Below are positions 38,916 to 47,977 of a stretch of DNA of 58,150 nucleotides, piece by piece. The stretch's first letter is position 1; every line of letters begins with the position of its first letter. The stretch comes from an uncultured Coriobacteriia bacterium (GTDB taxonomy: Bacteria; Actinomycetota; Coriobacteriia; Anaerosomatales; PALSA-660), in contig CAIKZH010000003.1 of NCBI GenBank assembly GCA_903831865.1, positions 1-58,150 of the forward strand, written 5' to 3'. A model generated the notes under the pieces. That model saw only the letters and a program-made list of their open reading frames with translations. It was not told where the DNA came from and searched no databases. The position numbers and the translations under genes are program-made.

Positions 38916-39067
38916 CGCCTGACCTGCTGTTTCTCCGGAATCAGGCTCCGGATTCGAGGCCCGAGATGCCCCTTTGGGCACACTCCGGGCACACAACACG
39001 GTGCATCCAGACGACGCTGGACGCCTCTTTGCGCAGTTCAGCGCCTGCATCGGCACAAGCAGCCGCA

Positions 39068-39514
39068 CTACCCGCGTCGGTGTCCCTGCGACCGGGAGTC
39101 TGTGCTCTGCAGGTGCTGCAGGACGCACGATCGACAGATGTCGGGCACACGGTCGCTGCCGTGGTGCCTCCTCAAAGCGTTGCCATACGCCTCCCGCATG
39201 GAGTCGGCGTTCCGGTAGGGGTGCAAGCCGTGACCGGCGTTCCAATCGTGCTGGAGTGCGGCCCATGACGCGTCCGGGTCGGCGGCGCGCCTCTGCTCAA
39301 CAAACTGCACCATCTCAGCGACGAACGGGCGCGGCCGACGATGACGCACGGTTCGGGCGCGGCACTGAGGACTGCGGTTGTCGAAGTGACCCTGACCATC
39401 GAGCGCTCGATCGGGAGCGAAGGGACACGGGCTGACCGATGCGAGCACAGCCGCGGCCTCTTCCAGAGTGCGCTTGAGGCGGTGGGCCTGATCTCGATGC
39501 GTCTCTTCCCTCAT
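39068..39514 (-). CDS. Hypothetical protein
   Basis: ORF with a GGGGAG RBS downstream of the second integrase; no motif recognised. Confidence 0.3.
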   Translation of the reverse strand: MREETHRDQAHRLKRTLEEAAAVLASVSPCPFAPDRALDGQGHFDNRSPQCRARTVRHRRPRPFVAEMVQFVEQRRAADPDASWAALQHDWNAGHGLHPYRNADSMREAYGNALRRHHGSDRVPDICRSCVLQHLQSTDSRSQGHRRG

Positions 39515-39582
39515 TGCTCCCCAGCCGTTCGTCTGCCAACCGTGTCTGCGAAGCCTAGCACCGCGAGAGGGCGCGGCAGGAG

Positions 39583-40770
39583 CTAGGCGCCGCTCGCCGC
39601 CTCTTTGCGCAGCTCAGCGCGTGCAACGGCGCGAGCCTCGGCCAGCTTCGCGACTGCATCCGCCTGCATGCCGGGCAGCAGGTGTCCATACACACTCAGG
39701 GTGAACCCCGCCGATGAGTGACCGAGCCTCTCCTGCACGACCTTCGCCGGCGCCCCCGTCCTGATGAGCTGGCTGGCGTGTGAGTGCCGCAGATCGTGGA
39801 AGCGCACATGCACGCCGACGTGGCGACAGAAGACGTGGTACGCCTGCGAGAACTTCGAGGGAGGCCAGGGATCGCCGGTGTCTCCGGCGCACACAAGGTG
39901 GTTCTCGTGCCATGCCTCCCCCAGCGCCAACCGGCGCTCCTTCTGCCGACGTCGATGCGCTGCCAGCTCTTTGAGCGTGTCGGCATCCAGCGGCAAGGCC
40001 CTCCTGCTCGCGGCCGACTTCGGCTGCCTAAACACGAGCCCGGTGCTGGGCTCCTGAAGCGTCCGACTCACGGTGAGCACGCCGGCCTTGGTGTCGAGAT
40101 CCGACCACCGAAGACCCAGGACCTCTCCACGCCGCAGTCCCGCGTTGGCAGCGAGCAGCACTGCCGCATAGAGGCTCAGGTGCCCGTCTTCCTTGGCCGA
40201 GGCGAGGAGGCGCTCGGTGGCCACCTCATCGATCGCCTTCATCTCGATATGCCGCGCTCTCGGAGCGTCCAGGCGATCACAGGGGTTGACCACGAGGATG
40301 CCGACGCGCACCGCGCGGCCCAGAGCCGCCCGCAACACACGGTGATGAGAGAGCACGGTGCGAGCCGATAGTCCTCCCTCACCCTTGGCCCGGCCACTGG
40401 TGAGCTCCTCGGTGTAGTAGCGCTGGATCCGGGTGGGCGTGAGCTGGTTCAGGCGCACGGAACCGAGCGCCGGGACGAGCCGCTTGTCCACGATCTGCCG
40501 GTAGCCGTCCAGGGTGTAGGGCGCCACGCTGGGTGCGGCGTAGTCCTTCATCCATGTGGCGAGCCACTCGCCCACCGTCATCCGCGACGGCTCGGCGTAG
40601 GAGCCGGTGTCGAGCCCGTGCAGCAGCGCGGTGAGCGCGGACTGCGCCTCACGCTTGGTGACCGCGTGCACCGTGTGGTAGTCGAAGAGCTGCCGCCCCG
40701 CCTCGTCGCGACCCCGAAAGATCCGGGCCTGCCAGGTGTCGGGCGACTTGCGGCGCAGCAGCCCTCTCAT
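39583..40770 (-). CDS. int: Tyrosine integrase of the second element
   Basis: WQARIFRG, GLRRGEVLGLRWSD, PKSAASRR, RFHDLRHSHAS, ERLGHSS..FTLSVYGH. Confidence 0.93.
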   Translation of the reverse strand: MRGLLRRKSPDTWQARIFRGRDEAGRQLFDYHTVHAVTKREAQSALTALLHGLDTGSYAEPSRMTVGEWLATWMKDYAAPSVAPYTLDGYRQIVDKRLVPALGSVRLNQLTPTRIQRYYTEELTSGRAKGEGGLSARTVLSHHRVLRAALGRAVRVGILVVNPCDRLDAPRARHIEMKAIDEVATERLLASAKEDGHLSLYAAVLLAANAGLRRGEVLGLRWSDLDTKAGVLTVSRTLQEPSTGLVFRQPKSAASRRALPLDADTLKELAAHRRRQKERRLALGEAWHENHLVCAGDTGDPWPPSKFSQAYHVFCRHVGVHVRFHDLRHSHASQLIRTGAPAKVVQERLGHSSAGFTLSVYGHLLPGMQADAVAKLAEARAVARAELRKEAASGA

Positions 40771-41663
40771 GACGTGGCGCCCGCTCCCTCCGAGTTGCCC
40801 GCGTCCTTCTGGCCCCTGCGGTAGATGCGCTGACGACATCTCTCGCTGCACCAGTCCCGACTCGCTCTCGCCCCCGTCGCGTCCCAGGGAAGCCCGCAGC
40901 CCTCGCAGGTGCGGTAGTCGCGGTTGCCGTCGATCGCGAGCGCGAGCTGCAACCACATCGCACCCAGAAGCGAACCGACCCGATAGGTCAGGCGCAGCCC
41001 CGCGCCGTAGGACTTGTTCGTGGCAGCGAGAGCGGGCGTGACATCCGCGTGCTTGAGGCCCTGGTTCACCTCGCTTGCCAGCATCGCCTGCACGATCTCG
41101 CGGTCGCTGCTGCTGGCGTCCACGATCAGTAGGCAGGAGTCCATGAGCTCGCCCTTCCAGCACTGCGGCGGGCCATTGGGATAGATGCCGAGCTCATCTC
41201 CCACGCGACGTGTCTCCCACATGCGTTCGATCAGCTCTGAGGGATTGCCGCCTCGCAGCTCGTCCCACATCTCGATGGCGAGCGCCACGCTCTCGCGCGC
41301 CTCGCCCCAGTCATCCTCGTCTCCCGCGTAGCCCTCAGGCAGGCCGCGCGCGGTCTTTGAGATCCTGTCGGGCAGAGGGTCGAGACTCCCATAGGCGCGC
41401 GCGAAGTCCGCGAACGCCTCGGGGGTGTCCTCGATCGCCGCGAAGATCCGGAACAGCGCCGGCTCATCTTTGAGCGGCGCGTAGGACTCGCCCTCGACGC
41501 CCACGAGCGCGACGGAGTCGCCGGCCGGAACAGCAACCTTGCCGTGCTGCGAGGCCCCGTGGTGAAGCGTCTTCCACTCCGCTTCCTGCAGCCGATGCCA
41601 CCGGAATGAGACCAGCTCCGCGATCGCCGGTTCCTGTCGCGCAAGTGTCACAGTATTGCTCAC
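40767..41663 (-). CDS. CGNR zinc-finger regulator-like protein
   Basis: SLLGAMWLQLA...CEGCG...DWCSERCRQRIYR. Confidence 0.7.
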   Translation of the reverse strand: MSNTVTLARQEPAIAELVSFRWHRLQEAEWKTLHHGASQHGKVAVPAGDSVALVGVEGESYAPLKDEPALFRIFAAIEDTPEAFADFARAYGSLDPLPDRISKTARGLPEGYAGDEDDWGEARESVALAIEMWDELRGGNPSELIERMWETRRVGDELGIYPNGPPQCWKGELMDSCLLIVDASSSDREIVQAMLASEVNQGLKHADVTPALAATNKSYGAGLRLTYRVGSLLGAMWLQLALAIDGNRDYRTCEGCGLPWDATGARASRDWCSERCRQRIYRRGQKDAGNSEGAGATS

Positions 41664-41746
41664 CTCATACTGTTGTTGTGTCCGTCGAGCGCATCATACA
41701 CTGGACGTGGCCTAGGCGAGAAGTCAAATGAGGAAAGGAAGTCGCG

Positions 41747-41962
41747 ATGCTCCGGCTCGAAAGGGAAAGGGTGCGTGCGGGACTGAGCCGCTCGGCACTC
41801 GCGCGTCTCGCTCTGATGCACTCGGCCACGGTCGGACAGATCGAGAACGGCTACATCGGGCGCCCCTACCCCGTGCAGCTCGCCAAGCTCGCGAGTGCGC
41901 TCATGTTCGAAGGTGAGCCGGCAGATCTGCTGGACCAGGTGCGCGCAGATGACGACGAGTAG
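41747..41962 (+). CDS. XRE HTH protein
   Basis: ERVRAGLSRSALARLA.....VGQIENG; GAAAGGA RBS. Confidence 0.8.
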   Translation: MLRLERERVRAGLSRSALARLALMHSATVGQIENGYIGRPYPVQLAKLASALMFEGEPADLLDQVRADDDE

Positions 41963-42179
41963 CGCACCGAAGCTCGAGGATCTGCCTGACGTGATCCCCG
42001 TAAAGACGGTAGCCGCCTTCCTCGGGTGCGCGGAGAACACCTGCTACGCCGCGATACGGGCCGGCGCGCTGCCGGCCGTGAGACTCGGCCGTCGGCTGCT
42101 CGTGCCGAAGGCGAGCCTGATGCGCTTCCTTCACGGCACAACGCACACCGAGTCCACGATCGACACACAAGGCCGATGA
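41949..42179 (+). CDS. Excisionase/AlpA-like HTH_17 protein
   Basis: LPDVIPVKTVAAFLG...YAAIRAGALPAVRLGRRLLVPK. Confidence 0.85.
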   Translation: MTTSSAPKLEDLPDVIPVKTVAAFLGCAENTCYAAIRAGALPAVRLGRRLLVPKASLMRFLHGTTHTESTIDTQGR

Positions 42180-42186
42180 CGCGGCC

Positions 42187-43020
42187 ATGAAGCTCTCGGA
42201 CCGCATGCTTCGAGCCGACGTGTTCACCGACGGTCGCCTGATCCGCGTCTCGCCGGGTGCGCGGCTGCTGGCCATGGTGCTCGATCCGGTTGCTGAGGCC
42301 ACGGGAGTGGTTCGCCGGGACCCCGACGAGATCCGCAGCAGCGCGGCGCTGTTCCTGGCTGACGAGGAGGGCATGCCCCCAACCGCGGAGCAGATCGAGA
42401 AGTGGGTCGAGGAGCTCGTGGCCCGTGGCTGGGCGCTGGCCTATGAAGTCGGGTCCATGCGACTGCTCTACCTGCGGGGATTCGGCGCCCGTCAGAAGGG
42501 CGCCAACGTCTGCATAGGAGTGAGCCAGACCACCGGGGAGATCGAGCAACATCTGCCGACGCCGCCGTGCGTGACACTCGTCCCCCACCATGAGAAGACG
42601 AGGGACAAAGCGGGACACGAGGTGGAGCTGCGGCTTCGCAAGATGCTGCCCCGCCACTGCCAGGACGCGGGTGCCTGCCCGTGTGAGAGGTTCACCAACC
42701 CTTCGCCTACCCACCCCGAACAAGTAAGTAGAGGTAATGGGATTGAACTTGACCTGAGGGCATTTGAAATCCAACCAGATGAAGATGTGGATGGTCATCT
42801 CAGTGAAGGGGAGCGCGAGGGGGAGCTCGACGCGGAGCTTGCGAGACTCTCGGCCGAGTTCGGTCCCGAGATCGCGACGCAGGCGCTCTTCAAGGAACAG
42901 CTCACCTCGAGGAAGTGCGACCCTCCCAGAGCTGTGAGCGCAGCCATGGTTCGAGTGCGATGTGAGGCGCTGGTGCAGCAGGACATAGAAGCAAGGGCGC
43001 ACGGAGAAGGCTTCGGGTGA
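42187..43020 (+). CDS. Phage-type replication initiator-like protein
   Basis: RMLRADVFTD.RL..VSPGARLL...D wHTH-type N-terminus; acidic low-complexity linker. Confidence 0.6.
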   Translation: MKLSDRMLRADVFTDGRLIRVSPGARLLAMVLDPVAEATGVVRRDPDEIRSSAALFLADEEGMPPTAEQIEKWVEELVARGWALAYEVGSMRLLYLRGFGARQKGANVCIGVSQTTGEIEQHLPTPPCVTLVPHHEKTRDKAGHEVELRLRKMLPRHCQDAGACPCERFTNPSPTHPEQVSRGNGIELDLRAFEIQPDEDVDGHLSEGEREGELDAELARLSAEFGPEIATQALFKEQLTSRKCDPPRAVSAAMVRVRCEALVQQDIEARAHGEGFG

Positions 43021-43208
43021 GCGCGTCGGGCTGCGGTCGCCGGCTCAAGGGGCACCTCTTCCCCGACGGGGCGCGGCGGGAGTGCGATCACGTCGTCGCG
43101 CTCTCGGATGGCGGGTCGAACGCCGGGGAGAACCTGCGCTGCCGTTGCCTGGCCTGCCACTATCCCAAAACCGCGAAGGATCGCGGGGTCCGGGGGCAGG
43201 ACAGGTGA
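43017..43208 (+). CDS. Minimal HNH endonuclease, homologous to the prophage HNH
   Basis: CGRRLKGHLFPDG..RECDHVVALSDGGSN..ENLRCRCLACH. Confidence 0.75.
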   Translation: MSASGCGRRLKGHLFPDGARRECDHVVALSDGGSNAGENLRCRCLACHYPKTAKDRGVRGQDR

Positions 43209-43439
43209 GACTCGTTGACGGCGGAGACTGTGAGGCCCATGGTCCGGACATCACCGGCCCCCTGGGGCCGCCGACCTTCTCGTCCGCCGCACGCCGCCGC
43301 GGGCACGCAGGCGCCTCACGAAGCGAGCAGTCGTATCATTTGCTTGCACCGAGTGCTTGTGACCTGCCTCGCGCAGGTCCGCGCGATCCTTGCTAGGCGT
43401 CGTGGGCCGACTTCCTTTCCGGATGCCTGGGGGTATCGG

Positions 43440-44936
43440 ATGGACATGAGATCTGAGCGTCGGGCGCTCGACAAGCTGTACAAGCGCCGAGACCGGTATG
43501 ACATTCCCGATTGGCAGCGCGACGAAGTCTGGTCGGTCGACAAGAAGCGTCGACTCATAGACAGCATCCTTCGCGGCTGGAAGCTGCCGAAGTTCTACTT
43601 CCAGAAGACCCACGACAACCCCGATGAGTTCGACGTCGTTGACGGCCAGCAACGCCTGACAGCGATTTGGGAGTTCCTTGATGGGGAGTTCTCGCTGTCG
43701 GCGGAATCGGCCACTGAGTTCGGCGGCGAGCGTTATGAAGACCTCCAGGAGGACGTCTCGGACGCGTTCGACGACTACGAGATCGAGTACGACGAGATTA
43801 CCAACGCGACGGACGAAGACGTCAAGGAGTTCTTCCAGAGACTCCAGGAGGGTCTGCCCCTGACGAGCAGCGAGAAGCTCAACTCGGTCCACAGCAAACT
43901 CCGCGACTTCTGCGCCAAGGCCGCGAAGGATCCGTTCTTCTCGAAGACGACCGTGATTGCGGACAAGCGCTATGCACACTTTGACATCGTCGCCAAAGTC
44001 ACCGCCCTCGAGATCGAGGGGCTGGACGCGGGTCTTCGCTATGAGGACGTCCGAAAGGTCTTCATCGACAACGCGTCGTTCTCGTCGCAGTCTGCGGCTG
44101 CCAAGCGAGTCAGCGGAGCGATCAAGTTCCTGCGGGAGAACTTCCCTGAATCGTTCAAGCCCTTCCGCAATCGCACGATTGTCCAATCGGTCATCACACT
44201 TGTCTGCCACCTCCGTGAGGCGGGGCTCACGGCAGAGCAAGGCGAGATGCTGAGGGACTTCATCGTGTTCTTCCTGGGTGAGCTCAACAGGCAGGTGGAA
44301 CTCGGACAGAAGGCGACCGATTCGGACTTCTTGGACTTCCAGCGCACGGTCAATGCGAACGTGAAGACTGGTGCCAGAACCCGGCAGACGATCCTGCTGC
44401 GCAAGCTCTTCCAGAGGCATCCTCAGTTCTTCAGCGCCCTGAGCCAGTCGGCAGATCTTGCGGCGGGAGTCAATGACAGCATCGGGAAGCTTGCGACCTC
44501 TGTGCGAGAGTTGGTCGCCGCAAGCAACGACCGATATGCAGCGCGAAATGGCGGCGACCTATTCAAGCCTACGAACAAGACGGCGAGCTCCCTAGCTGGC
44601 CTTGGGGTGCCGGTCACGTCGGTCGAGGAGTACAAGGCATTCATCGACAACCTGTACTTCGTCTTCTGGGAGGGGCCCGGCCAGCGCCTCGATGGCCAGG
44701 TCCCATCTTCGTTCGTCGATGTGAACGACCTGAGGACGATGCTCCAGCACGACGTCGATCACGGCAAGGGCGCCAAGGCTGCCGCAAAGCGCAGACATCT
44801 GGGATCCGTCTTCGCACGGTATGCAGGCGTGTCGTCGCCTGATGCGATAGACCCTGCGGCCTTTCCCGTCGTGCAGGCGAATGTACTTGGCGCCCTCGAG
44901 TCGGACTTGAGCGCGCTTGCCAAGTCGCTCATTTAG
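43440..44936 (+). CDS. DUF262 (GmrSD/ParB-like) protein with HEPN-like C-terminus
   Basis: PDWQRDEVW, LIDSILRG, VVDGQQRLT, FQRLQ.G.PL; C-terminal RTMLQH (Rx4H). Confidence 0.8.
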   Translation: MDMRSERRALDKLYKRRDRYDIPDWQRDEVWSVDKKRRLIDSILRGWKLPKFYFQKTHDNPDEFDVVDGQQRLTAIWEFLDGEFSLSAESATEFGGERYEDLQEDVSDAFDDYEIEYDEITNATDEDVKEFFQRLQEGLPLTSSEKLNSVHSKLRDFCAKAAKDPFFSKTTVIADKRYAHFDIVAKVTALEIEGLDAGLRYEDVRKVFIDNASFSSQSAAAKRVSGAIKFLRENFPESFKPFRNRTIVQSVITLVCHLREAGLTAEQGEMLRDFIVFFLGELNRQVELGQKATDSDFLDFQRTVNANVKTGARTRQTILLRKLFQRHPQFFSALSQSADLAAGVNDSIGKLATSVRELVAASNDRYAARNGGDLFKPTNKTASSLAGLGVPVTSVEEYKAFIDNLYFVFWEGPGQRLDGQVPSSFVDVNDLRTMLQHDVDHGKGAKAAAKRRHLGSVFARYAGVSSPDAIDPAAFPVVQANVLGALESDLSALAKSLI

Positions 44937-45011
44937 CAGTGTGCGACCACAGGTAGATCTCAGGACGCTCGACGCCTAGCGCATACTGGTGGCCACGGGC
45001 ACGAGGCTTGA

Positions 45012-45941
45012 GTGCAACACACAGGGAGACAGGGGGGCGAAGACTTGGCGAGCACCGCGGGCCTACTGCGGCAGGCGCTCGATGCCGTCACGGACGGACT
45101 TGATAGTCTCATTCGGACCCTGCCCATAAAGGACAATCGCTGGCATGAGCCGGGCATCGTCTATGTCGCCCCGGACTACGCCTGGGGAGACATCGCAGCC
45201 GGCGAGCGCGCCCAACAGCTATCACTCAAGCGCTCCTACGACCTTGTGTCCGAGCGTCTGCGGCTGCTAGTGGCTGGAGCGCCTGAGGAACTAACCCGCC
45301 AGCTTGCGGATGCGGACGTCGCCTTTCGAGTGTGGGTTGAGCTCGACTACTCGAACTGGCACTTGTCGCCCAGCTCTGATTCAAATGTAGAAGCGCTCCG
45401 AGCGGATGCGGCCGCAATCTCAAGAATTCTGGACATCGTTGAACGCCTCGGTGCCGGAGAGACGTTCGCGATTCCGGACACGAATAGCCTGCTGAGGGCG
45501 CCTGACCCTGTCGCCTACCGTGACGTACTTGGGCAGAACGAGTTCACCTTCACTCTCCTGCCGACGGTGCTCGGCGAACTTGATCGGTTGAAGATCGAAC
45601 ACAGGAATCCCGACGTGCGCGACAAGGCCAAAGCCGTGATTGGCCGCATCAAGGGATGGCGCAATCAGGGGACGCTGTCTGCTGGCGTGAAGGTGGATCA
45701 GTCGATTACCGTCCGCGCCCTGCACGCGGAGCCGGACATGAACGACACGCTGTCGTGGCTCGACCCGGCCGTCGACGATGATCGGATCATCGCGGGCGTT
45801 CTCGCAATCCAGGCGGAGCATCCCGGGGCGCGAGCCGTCCTCATAACCGGCGACATCAACCTGATGAACAAGTCGGATGCCGCGCTAGTGGAGACCGCAG
45901 AGGCTCCCCAACGGGCGCGTCCAGCGGACGGCGCAGGCTAG
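45012..45941 (+). CDS. PIN-domain ribonuclease
   Basis: IPDTNSLL, TVLGELDRLK, DDDRII, LITGDINL. Confidence 0.8.
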   Translation: MQHTGRQGGEDLASTAGLLRQALDAVTDGLDSLIRTLPIKDNRWHEPGIVYVAPDYAWGDIAAGERAQQLSLKRSYDLVSERLRLLVAGAPEELTRQLADADVAFRVWVELDYSNWHLSPSSDSNVEALRADAAAISRILDIVERLGAGETFAIPDTNSLLRAPDPVAYRDVLGQNEFTFTLLPTVLGELDRLKIEHRNPDVRDKAKAVIGRIKGWRNQGTLSAGVKVDQSITVRALHAEPDMNDTLSWLDPAVDDDRIIAGVLAIQAEHPGARAVLITGDINLMNKSDAALVETAEAPQRARPADGAG

Positions 45942-45995
45942 GCGAGCGACGAAGAGAAGCGTCGCGGCCCGCCGCAGACGCGCTGACCGTTGGGC
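45906..45995 (+). repeat. attC-like integron cassette site 1
   Basis: CCCAAC...GCGCGTC // GACGCGC...GTTGGGC, overlapping the PIN gene end. Confidence 0.7.
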
Positions 45996-46197
45996 GGAAT
46001 CGCTGGCCCGTCGTCGGCGTTTCGCAACGGGTCGTTGCAGAAGGAGGTGCGCGGTCTTGCAGGCGGCCAGGCGACTGATCGTTCGCGCACTCAACGGGCT
46101 CTGCGGCTTGGTCGACGCGGTCGCTTACCGGCCGGTCGTGGTTCGCTTCGGCAGGCCACTCCCGCACCGCTGGAACTGCAACTTGGCGCGACTCTCG

Positions 46198-46518
46198 ATG
46201 CGGCTGGATGAGCGCTGGGGTACCGGATACTGGAACGGAGACGGTCCGCAGCCGGGGGAGCCGTGCGAGGCGTGCGGCCGGAGGCCGGCGCTGTTCTTCA
46301 TCGGCGGCTACGCGGACGATCCCGACTTGGAAGAGCCCGTTGAGGTGGGCGACGACGACTACTTCTTCGCTCACCGGGAGGTCGCCCTCTGCGGCTGGTG
46401 CAAGCTCCCCCCACACGACGCCCCCTTCGGAAGTGAGGCGGAGTTGCAGCAGGCGCTTCGGGCGGCGGCTGAGAGGTCGACGCGTTGGGGATGGCGCTGG
46501 AGGCCGACTTGGGAGTAG
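46198..46518 (+). CDS. Small Zn-ribbon hypothetical protein (cassette)
   Basis: CEACG...LCGWC; lies between two attC-like sites. Confidence 0.45.
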   Translation: MRLDERWGTGYWNGDGPQPGEPCEACGRRPALFFIGGYADDPDLEEPVEVGDDDYFFAHREVALCGWCKLPPHDAPFGSEAELQQALRAAAERSTRWGWRWRPTWE

Positions 46519-46547
46519 CTGGGCTCGGCACAGTCTGCGGGAGATCC

Positions 46548-46634
46548 GCCCAACAACCGCATCCTTAGCGGACGGCGTAAGCTGGAGCAAGAAGGAAGTG
46601 CTGTGGTCCGCCGCAGATGCAGACCACGTTGGGC
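46548..46634 (+). repeat. attC-like integron cassette site 2
   Basis: GCCCAAC...GCATC..GCGGAC // GTCCGC..GATGC...GTTGGGC. Confidence 0.75.
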
Positions 46635-46653
46635 GTGCCAAAGGGGGGAGCTG

Positions 46654-46929
46654 GTGGACGATTCCAAGTATGAGCGTCGCGTGACGCTGCTCTGCCCGAC
46701 CTGCGGATCAGACCAGTTCGCTTTCGACGATGACGATGAATCCGCTCCAGTGACATGCTCGAACTGCGGTCGTCAGACCACGCGTGAGGCCCTCATCGAG
46801 GAGAACTCCGAAAACATCGAGTCTCACGTTGCCGAGATCGGCGAAGAGGTCGTCGCAGACGCAGCCAAGGACCTGAACAAGTCGCTTCGCGATGCCTTTC
46901 GCGGCAGCAAGAACATCCGGCTTGAGTGA
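46654..46929 (+). CDS. ECs_2282-like putative zinc-binding protein
   Basis: LLCPTCGSDQF...VTCSNCG...LIEENSENI. Confidence 0.7.
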   Translation: MDDSKYERRVTLLCPTCGSDQFAFDDDDESAPVTCSNCGRQTTREALIEENSENIESHVAEIGEEVVADAAKDLNKSLRDAFRGSKNIRLE

Positions 46930-47402
46930 TGGCTCTCTCCTTCACCATCAGCGACGTGCTTGCCGCCCTCGCACTGGTTCTCTCATTGGTTGCGACCGTT
47001 GCGACCGCCCGCTTCAACGCGCGGCAGAAGTCCCTAATCGAGAGTCAGGAGCTGCTGAACCGGCGGCTATTGGCTCGTGAGCAAAGCGAGGCTGCAGCGA
47101 GCGAGCAGGCTGACTTGTCGGCCAGCCTTGTGAAAGTCGGGCAGAGCAACTGGCGCTTGAAGATCTACAACCGGGGCAAGGCGGCGGCGCGCAACGTTAC
47201 GATCACCACGGCGGAAGATGACGACTTGCTGATCCAGGAGGATGTGGTTTCGAAGTTTCCGCTGGAGCTTCTGGAGCCGGCGCACGGGGTGGACCTGATC
47301 TCACTCATCCATTTGGGCTCCAAGAGCAAGCACGAGGTCACCCTTGGCTGGAGCGACGACTTCAGGGACTCCAACACAAAGACCGTGTACGTGACGATCT
47401 AG
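46926..47402 (+). CDS. N-terminally membrane-anchored hypothetical protein
   Basis: Hydrophobic N-terminus, coiled coil, Ig-like LKIYNRGKAAARNV. Confidence 0.65.
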   Translation: MMALSFTISDVLAALALVLSLVATVATARFNARQKSLIESQELLNRRLLAREQSEAAASEQADLSASLVKVGQSNWRLKIYNRGKAAARNVTITTAEDDDLLIQEDVVSKFPLELLEPAHGVDLISLIHLGSKSKHEVTLGWSDDFRDSNTKTVYVTI

Positions 47403-47485
47403 CGTAGCAGTGAACCTCTGGTTCAAGCTCGAAGAGCAACACGTGGGACCTGCCTCGTCACGACTCCAATCCAGAGAGCGGCACA

Positions 47486-47535
47486 GGGGTACGGGGGGTG
47501 GAATCTCTAGCGCCCTCTTGCGCCGACCCTGCCTG
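47486..47535 (+). repeat. Partial copy of the cos-like motif
   Basis: GGGGTACGGGGGGTGGAATCTCTAGC...CCGACCCTGCCTG. Confidence 0.6.
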
Positions 47536-47624
47536 GCCGCTCTTGTGGCTAGCGCCCATGTGCAGGCTCTGGCAATGAATCGCGCGGACGCCGTTACGCA
47601 AGCCGGTGACAGAGCCTCGGGCGA

Positions 47625-47897
47625 CTAGTAGTCGAGCGCGTGCCTGCCGGTCGGACTGTTCGAGCAGTTGCCACCTACCTGGCTGGCGTCGGCCCCACAA
47701 AAGACACATCGGCCCGGATTGCCCCCGATGATGTGCCTCTGGGTTGGACTACTGGGGCACGTGCCGCCTACCTGACTGGCGTCAACCCCGCAGAAGCGGC
47801 ACTTTGACGGGTCGCTAATCACATGCCTCCCGGTCGGACTGTTCGAGCAGTTGCCGCCCACCTGACTGTCATCGATGCCGCAATAGACGCATGCCAT
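47625..47897 (-). CDS. Cys/His-rich three-repeat protein
   Basis: 3x C-x-(Y/F)-CG-x-D-x-SQVGG-x-C-xx-SPT-x-RH; AAGGAGG RBS. Confidence 0.7.
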   Translation of the reverse strand: MACVYCGIDDSQVGGNCSNSPTGRHVISDPSKCRFCGVDASQVGGTCPSSPTQRHIIGGNPGRCVFCGADASQVGGNCSNSPTGRHALDY

Positions 47898-47977
47898 GAT
47901 TGCCCTCCTTGCTTGCCGTTGCTGACGAATGCTCGCGTACCAGGATTACCTTGAGCAGTGCCAACGGACTCGACCAG

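Noticed and set aside
37643-40770. Either integrase being an integron integrase (IntI)
   Set aside because: Both have phage-type N-termini and PKS..SRR motifs, with no visible IntI-specific insertion
47625-47897. CRISPR array
   Set aside because: Repeats are coding, lack unique spacers, and no cas genes are present
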